A stretch of 64,000 bases of DNA, taken from assembly GCA_044378015.1 (NCBI GenBank), contig JBILXZ010000008.1, forward strand, positions 9,917-73,916, read 5' to 3'. This DNA is from Tagaea sp. (lineage in GTDB: Bacteria > Pseudomonadota > Alphaproteobacteria > CACIAM-22H2). A program made the position numbers and the translations under genes. The notes beneath the pieces are model-generated. The model made no database searches. It saw only the letters and a program-made list of their open reading frames with translations, and had not been told where the DNA came from. Shown in pieces: positions 59,428 through 64,000 of the stretch (position 1 is the first letter of the stretch; each line of letters opens with the position of its first letter).

Positions 59428-59892
59428 ATGACGCTGACGCGACGCATGGTTTTCGCAATCGGGCTCGCCGCACTTGTGGCCGCACCGGCCGCAGCGCAGT
59501 CCCCGAACGTACGTTTCGAAACCTCGAGCCTTTCGATCGAAAGCGACGCCAAGGTCCATCGTTTCACGGTCGAGGTGGCCGACAACGACGAACGGCGCAC
59601 GGTCGGGCTGATGTTCCGCCGGCAGATGGCTGCCGATGCCGGGATGCTGTTCGATTTCAAACGCGACGCGCCGGTGTCGATGTGGATGCGCAACACGCTG
59701 ATCCCGCTCGACATGCTGTTCGTCGATGCGCGCGGCATCGTGCGCAAGGTGCACGCGCGAGCCGTGCCGTTGTCCGAAGCGATCATCGCCTCGGACGAGC
59801 CCGTGCGCGCGGTGCTCGAGCTGAACGGCGGCACGGCCGCGCGGCTCGGCCTCAAACCGGGCGACCGTCTCGTCCATCCGATGTTCCGCTAG
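59428..59892 (+). CDS. DUF192 family protein
   Basis: GLMFR, GMLF, MWMRNTLIPLDMLF, VLELNGG motifs. Confidence 0.9.
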   Translation: MTLTRRMVFAIGLAALVAAPAAAQSPNVRFETSSLSIESDAKVHRFTVEVADNDERRTVGLMFRRQMAADAGMLFDFKRDAPVSMWMRNTLIPLDMLFVDARGIVRKVHARAVPLSEAIIASDEPVRAVLELNGGTAARLGLKPGDRLVHPMFR

Positions 59893-59932
59893 CCCCGGAG
59901 CGGGTGCATCGTGTACATAGGCGGTCCGGTCG

Positions 59933-60006
59933 CGGAGCGTAGCTCAGCCTGGTAGAGCGCCAGCTTTGGGAGCTGGATGTCGCGAGTTCGAATCCCGCCG
60001 CTCCGA
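59933..60006 (+). tRNA. tRNA-Pro (TGG)
   Basis: CGGAGCG acceptor; anticodon arm CCAGC-TTTGGGA-GCTGG; TTCGAAT loop; followed by CCG rather than CCA. Confidence 0.93.
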
Positions 60007-62124
60007 CCGGATTGCAGATATAATTCAATCTCTGGGAGACTTTCTGCCGTGGCGGTCCAATCGGCAGATATTGACATATGAAGGGCTAGAGCTTGTAAGT
60101 TCGGTTCACACGAGCCGTTGAAGCACATCTTTTTGTCGTTTTCGAACCGCGCATTGCTGTTCCAGAGTCGGCGGAGGTTATACTTGCTAAACTGTTGATA
60201 CTGTTCAAAAAAACGAACCAGTTCTGGGAGATCTGCAAGATCAGTTTTTTTCGTACCTTTCACGATAGGGAGGAGCCGAAAGCACTCCGTTGCGTAGGTC
60301 GTTCAAACCGGGTTTTTCAGGCGAGAGGCCACAGTTCACGGTTGAGAACCCCTTCAACCGCATTCGAAAACAGTCGGGACGGCTCGATGTGCTCTTGTTG
60401 ACCGATCAAAACACGCGAAAGTTGCCTTCGACGTTCGACTGCAGCCGAGCCGTAGCCTATTGCAATTAACTGGCTACAATAGAATATGGTGCTGTCCGGA
60501 TTGTAGAAACTCGAAGGACTGCCGTTGGCAAGAATATTGGAAAGCACGACCGCATGCGACCATTCCTGAACCCGAGCGCCATGGCAGATCTTCTCCATTC
60601 CCGGCGACGGCGGCAACAATGGTTCGTCGGGATAAAGTGCGTCTTCCCCGCTTGAAGCGAGCTGGACGAGTGCCGATGAAAGAGAAGCCCCAACTCTCGT
60701 ATCTCCAAGCATCGATTTGCATGTTGCTAGGCTCGCAAGGCGGCTGAACGAGCGCCGTTCCGCCGCTGCTTGCGTCAAGAGGGCGTCGGCCCTGCGCAGA
60801 GCATCTTGCCGACGTGCTAATGGACTGCCCGCGCGCCGCGCCGCCAACAAAGCCGCGAGACCACGAAGATATGCTTTCGATTCCTCATTCGCGAATGTTC
60901 TGCGCCAGAGGCGCGCAATCTTCGGGTCGCTCTGCGCGGGCGCCATACGCTCGAAGTAGTCAGGAAAAGGCTCAGGCACCTGCCTGCCGGCATCGACAGC
61001 TACATTCGGGGGGATCAGCAGATTGCGGCTTTCGAGCGCCTCGATCCGGCCTGCTGGTAGCGCAAAAACGTTGAGATCGCATGAGTCGTAGCTCAATGCC
61101 GTCGGCACGACGGCATTCAACCCAGGTACAAAGCGATAAAGTGCGTACCCGAGGCGCTCGAGCAACCTTGCAGCTTCCAGTCGGACGATGCCATCGTTGA
61201 TTTCCAAGAGGATCGCCGGGCAATGCCGAGCCAGCGTTTGCTGCCCGTTAAGAAGCGCTGCTTCCTCCGCCCCTTCGATATCCATTTTGATGAAATCAAG
61301 TTTGTCCCATTTCAGATCCGCGAATGCCTCGTCCAATGTTTTGAGGGGTACTTTCAGCGCACTAGGTGCATTCGTAGTCCGCGACAACTCGCTCGACAAG
61401 CCCGGGACGAAACCGATTTCCTGGCCCGCCCCACCGATCGCATATTCCTTTACGGTGATCGGTGCGCCTTTGGAAAGCTTGGCGCTTCGACGAAGTAGTT
61501 CCAAACTCAAAGCGCCGGGGTCAATCGCGGCGACGCGCCCTTCCGTTCCGCAAGATTTGGCGAGCGCAGTCGAGTAGATTCCGATGTTGGCGCCAAGATC
61601 CAGTGCGTACGCTCCTGGAGAAAGTGCCTGCATGCAGAAATCAATATCGCGCTCGAACCATTGCTCCTGCTCCAGAAGCACGAAGCTAGAAAGCGCAAAG
61701 ATATTGTTCTCGATAAATAGCCGAGTGCCATATCTCAACTCTAGCTCGACGCTGTCGCCATGTGAGCGAAAAACATTGTGCCTGTGCATAGAGCTCCCCG
61801 TGCCACAAAAGTTCAAACATCTTCGATTGCGAGAATCCAATGTGTTCTTGATGCGTGTCAATTGCAGCCTAAATGCTAATGAGGTGGCTCGGCAAATCTG
61901 CACAGCGGGATAAGTGAGGTTTCTGCCTGAACACGGCCGAGATGGCAGCGTGACAGGCGAGTGGAGTTCTGTTCCGGAGGGAGGGAGAGGAAATATTAAG
62001 CCATTGAAATTAAATGCTAGTTGTCAAAAAACTTGGAGATTCTGACAACTGATATTGAAGTTATTCAGTGTTTCCGATTTTGGGAGCTGGATGTCGCGAG
62101 TTCGAATCCCGCCGCTCCGACCGG
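59965..62124. mobile_element. ~2.1 kb integrase-less islet at tRNA-Pro
   Basis: 46-bp direct repeat of the tRNA 3' half at 59965-60010 and 62079-62124; lower GC inside. Confidence 0.85.
60317..61789 (-). CDS. FkbM-family methyltransferase with C-terminal extension
   Basis: DLGANIGIYS, TLD, FIKMDIEGAE, ILLE motifs; ATG 61789 chosen as start. Confidence 0.85.
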   Translation of the reverse strand: MHRHNVFRSHGDSVELELRYGTRLFIENNIFALSSFVLLEQEQWFERDIDFCMQALSPGAYALDLGANIGIYSTALAKSCGTEGRVAAIDPGALSLELLRRSAKLSKGAPITVKEYAIGGAGQEIGFVPGLSSELSRTTNAPSALKVPLKTLDEAFADLKWDKLDFIKMDIEGAEEAALLNGQQTLARHCPAILLEINDGIVRLEAARLLERLGYALYRFVPGLNAVVPTALSYDSCDLNVFALPAGRIEALESRNLLIPPNVAVDAGRQVPEPFPDYFERMAPAQSDPKIARLWRRTFANEESKAYLRGLAALLAARRAGSPLARRQDALRRADALLTQAAAERRSFSRLASLATCKSMLGDTRVGASLSSALVQLASSGEDALYPDEPLLPPSPGMEKICHGARVQEWSHAVVLSNILANGSPSSFYNPDSTIFYCSQLIAIGYGSAAVERRRQLSRVLIGQQEHIEPSRLFSNAVEGVLNRELWPLA

Positions 62125-62221
62125 GTGAATCAAAGATTTTTATTGATCGATCTCGCCTATTGGGACGCGCCTAACGTCGCGCGATGGCTGCATCGGTCGG
62201 CACCGTGATTTTGGGGCGTTC

Positions 62222-62239
62222 GTTTCACCAAACCGCAAC
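62222..62239 (+). promoter_or_regulatory. Possible Pho box
   Basis: GTTTCAC-CAAA-CCGCAAC, a degenerate 11-bp-period repeat upstream of a phosphatase-like gene. Confidence 0.3.
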
Positions 62240-62292
62240 AAGACGGGAATATTCTAGACGGGTTCTTTCTCTGAAAACGGTCTGGAGCCAAT

Positions 62293-64000
62293 ATGCGCCG
62301 CGCTTTTCTGCTTGCCCCTGTCCTCCTGGTGCCCTTTCTCGCGCAGGCGCAAGAAGGGCGAATGTTCGACCGCATTTCGACGATCGAAGCGGTGCGAATG
62401 CTGCCGCCCGACCGCGACCGCGCGAAGCGCTCGATTGCCGAGATCGTCGCGGCGAGCGAAGACGGGAACACGCTGGTCTATGTCGACGGCGAGCAGAACG
62501 GCCTCGGCTTCGTCGATATATCGAACCCGGAGACGCCGCGCCCGGCGGGGTTCCTGCCGCTGCCCGGCGAGTTGACGTCCGTCGCCATTCGCGGGCCGCG
62601 CGCCTACACGGTTGTCGACACCTCGCCCAACAAGCGCGAACCTTCGGGTTATGTCGCAGCGGTGGAAGTCGCGTCGCGGCGCGAACTCATGCGTTGCGAT
62701 CTCGGCGGCCAACCGGACTCGACTGCTGTAAGCCGGGACGGCCGGTTTTTGGTCGTCGTCATCGAAAACGAACGCGACGAGCGCCTCGATCGCGGCAACA
62801 TCCCGCAGTTTCCGTCCGGCAATCTGACGATACTGCCATTGACCAATGCCGGGCTCGATTGCGCGGGCTTGCGTCGCGTCGATCTCACCGGCCTTGCCGG
62901 CGTGGCTCCCGAGGACGCGGAGCCAGAGTTCGTCGATGTAAACGCGCGCGGCGAGGCGGTGGTGACGCTGCAGGAGAACAACCACATCGTCATCGTCGAT
63001 ATCGCAAGCGCCCGTGTCCTGACGCACTTCTCCGCCGGTTCGGTCACGCTGGAGCAGGTCGATGCGACGCGCGATGGCGCGATCCGGCCTGTCCAACGCA
63101 TCGAGAACGCCGTGCGCGAGCCCGATGCCGTCAAGTGGCTCGACGACGCGCGGTTTGTGACGGCCAACGAAGGCGATTACCGAAACGGTTCGCGCGGATT
63201 CACGATTTTCCGGCGCGACGGTACGGTGCAGTGGGATTCGGGCAATTTTCTCGAACATCTGGCGATTTCCCTCGGCCACTATCCGGAATTGCGCTCGGGC
63301 AATCGCGGCAACGAGCCGGAAGGCGTCGAGGTCGCGACTTTCGACGGCGAAAGGCTGATATTCGTCGGCTCCGAGCGGGCGTCGATCGTCACAGTGTGGC
63401 GCGACGAAGGCCCCGACCGTGCGCCGACCTTCCTACAGGTATTGCCGGCCGGTGCCGGCCCCGAAGGGCTGGCCGCAATCCCGGCGCGCGGTTTGTTCGT
63501 CGCTGCCGCTGAAGTCGACAATCCGGAGACGGGTTTGCGCTCGACGTTGACGATCTATCGGCGCGGCGCGGGCGTTGCCTCCTATCCGACGATCCGCTCG
63601 GAGAACGGCGCCGACGGCGTTCCGATTGCTTGGGGCGCGCTTTCCGGTCTGGCGGCAGACACGGAGGTTGCCGGGCGCCTTTATGCGGTGACGGACTCGT
63701 TCTATAGCGAAGCGCGCATATTGACGGTCGACGCGACGGGCACGCCTGCGCGCATCGTCGCCGCCGCGACCGTTTCGCGCGACGGCAAAGCCGCCGAAGG
63801 GCTCGATATCGAAGGCATTGCGACGCGCGCAGGCGGCGGCTTCTGGCTCGTGTCGGAGGGCAATCCCGAGCGCCAGGGCGGCGTCCTGCCGGACAAGCTG
63901 CTGCGCGTCGCTGCCAACGGCAATATCGAGGCGGAGTTCGTTCTGCCGACGGCCCTTGCCGAGCACGCCTTGCGTTTCGGCTTCGAGGGCGTTGCAGTCG
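62293..64000 (+). CDS. Secreted beta-propeller / esterase-like activity of phytase family protein (runs off the window)
   Basis: Not in the ORF track (no stop). MRRAFLLAPVLLVPFLAQAQ signal; GGQPDS, EPEFV, TLQENN, TANEGD, GNEPEG, GPEG, WGALSGL, DIEGI motifs. Confidence 0.85.
   Translation, partial: MRRAFLLAPVLLVPFLAQAQEGRMFDRISTIEAVRMLPPDRDRAKRSIAEIVAASEDGNTLVYVDGEQNGLGFVDISNPETPRPAGFLPLPGELTSVAIRGPRAYTVVDTSPNKREPSGYVAAVEVASRRELMRCDLGGQPDSTAVSRDGRFLVVVIENERDERLDRGNIPQFPSGNLTILPLTNAGLDCAGLRRVDLTGLAGVAPEDAEPEFVDVNARGEAVVTLQENNHIVIVDIASARVLTHFSAGSVTLEQVDATRDGAIRPVQRIENAVREPDAVKWLDDARFVTANEGDYRNGSRGFTIFRRDGTVQWDSGNFLEHLAISLGHYPELRSGNRGNEPEGVEVATFDGERLIFVGSERASIVTVWRDEGPDRAPTFLQVLPAGAGPEGLAAIPARGLFVAAAEVDNPETGLRSTLTIYRRGAGVASYPTIRSENGADGVPIAWGALSGLAADTEVAGRLYAVTDSFYSEARILTVDATGTPARIVAAATVSRDGKAAEGLDIEGIATRAGGGFWLVSEGNPERQGGVLPDKLLRVAANGNIEAEFVLPTALAEHALRFGFEGVAV

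Noticed and set aside
59889-60263. 124-aa minus-strand ORF
   Set aside because: Runs antisense through tRNA-Pro with no recognisable motif; at most a fragment of islet DNA.

Overview
High-GC alphaproteobacterial chromosome (Rhodospirillales-like gene content, phototroph). Core and metabolic genes: aminotransferase-hom-glpX-recJ; a stand-alone LH2-family pucBAC operon whose alpha chain has the Phe44/Leu45 blue-shift signature (pucB is missing from the ORF track); a BigR/SqrR-type persulfide module; TRAP, TAXI and TTT transporters; a form II coxGSLM-DEF-mocA cluster coupled to sufS/sufU-like genes; a TPP riboswitch-controlled ABC importer. Two tRNA-anchored islands are present. One is an apparently intact ~6.4 kb element at tRNA-Glu with integrase, arm-type repeats, a structured RNA, Xis/AlpA, an HTH Rep-like gene with five iteron-like repeats, an HGGxSTG gene and a repeat-bracketed cargo gene, but no capsid, primase or conjugation genes. 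It is the best candidate for an undescribed minimal phage satellite. The other is a ~2.1 kb integrase-less islet at tRNA-Pro. Also present: a pentapeptide-repeat/DUF748 locus, a divergent HcnABC-like pair and several pseudogene remnants. All family calls come from motif recognition by eye; no database search was run.
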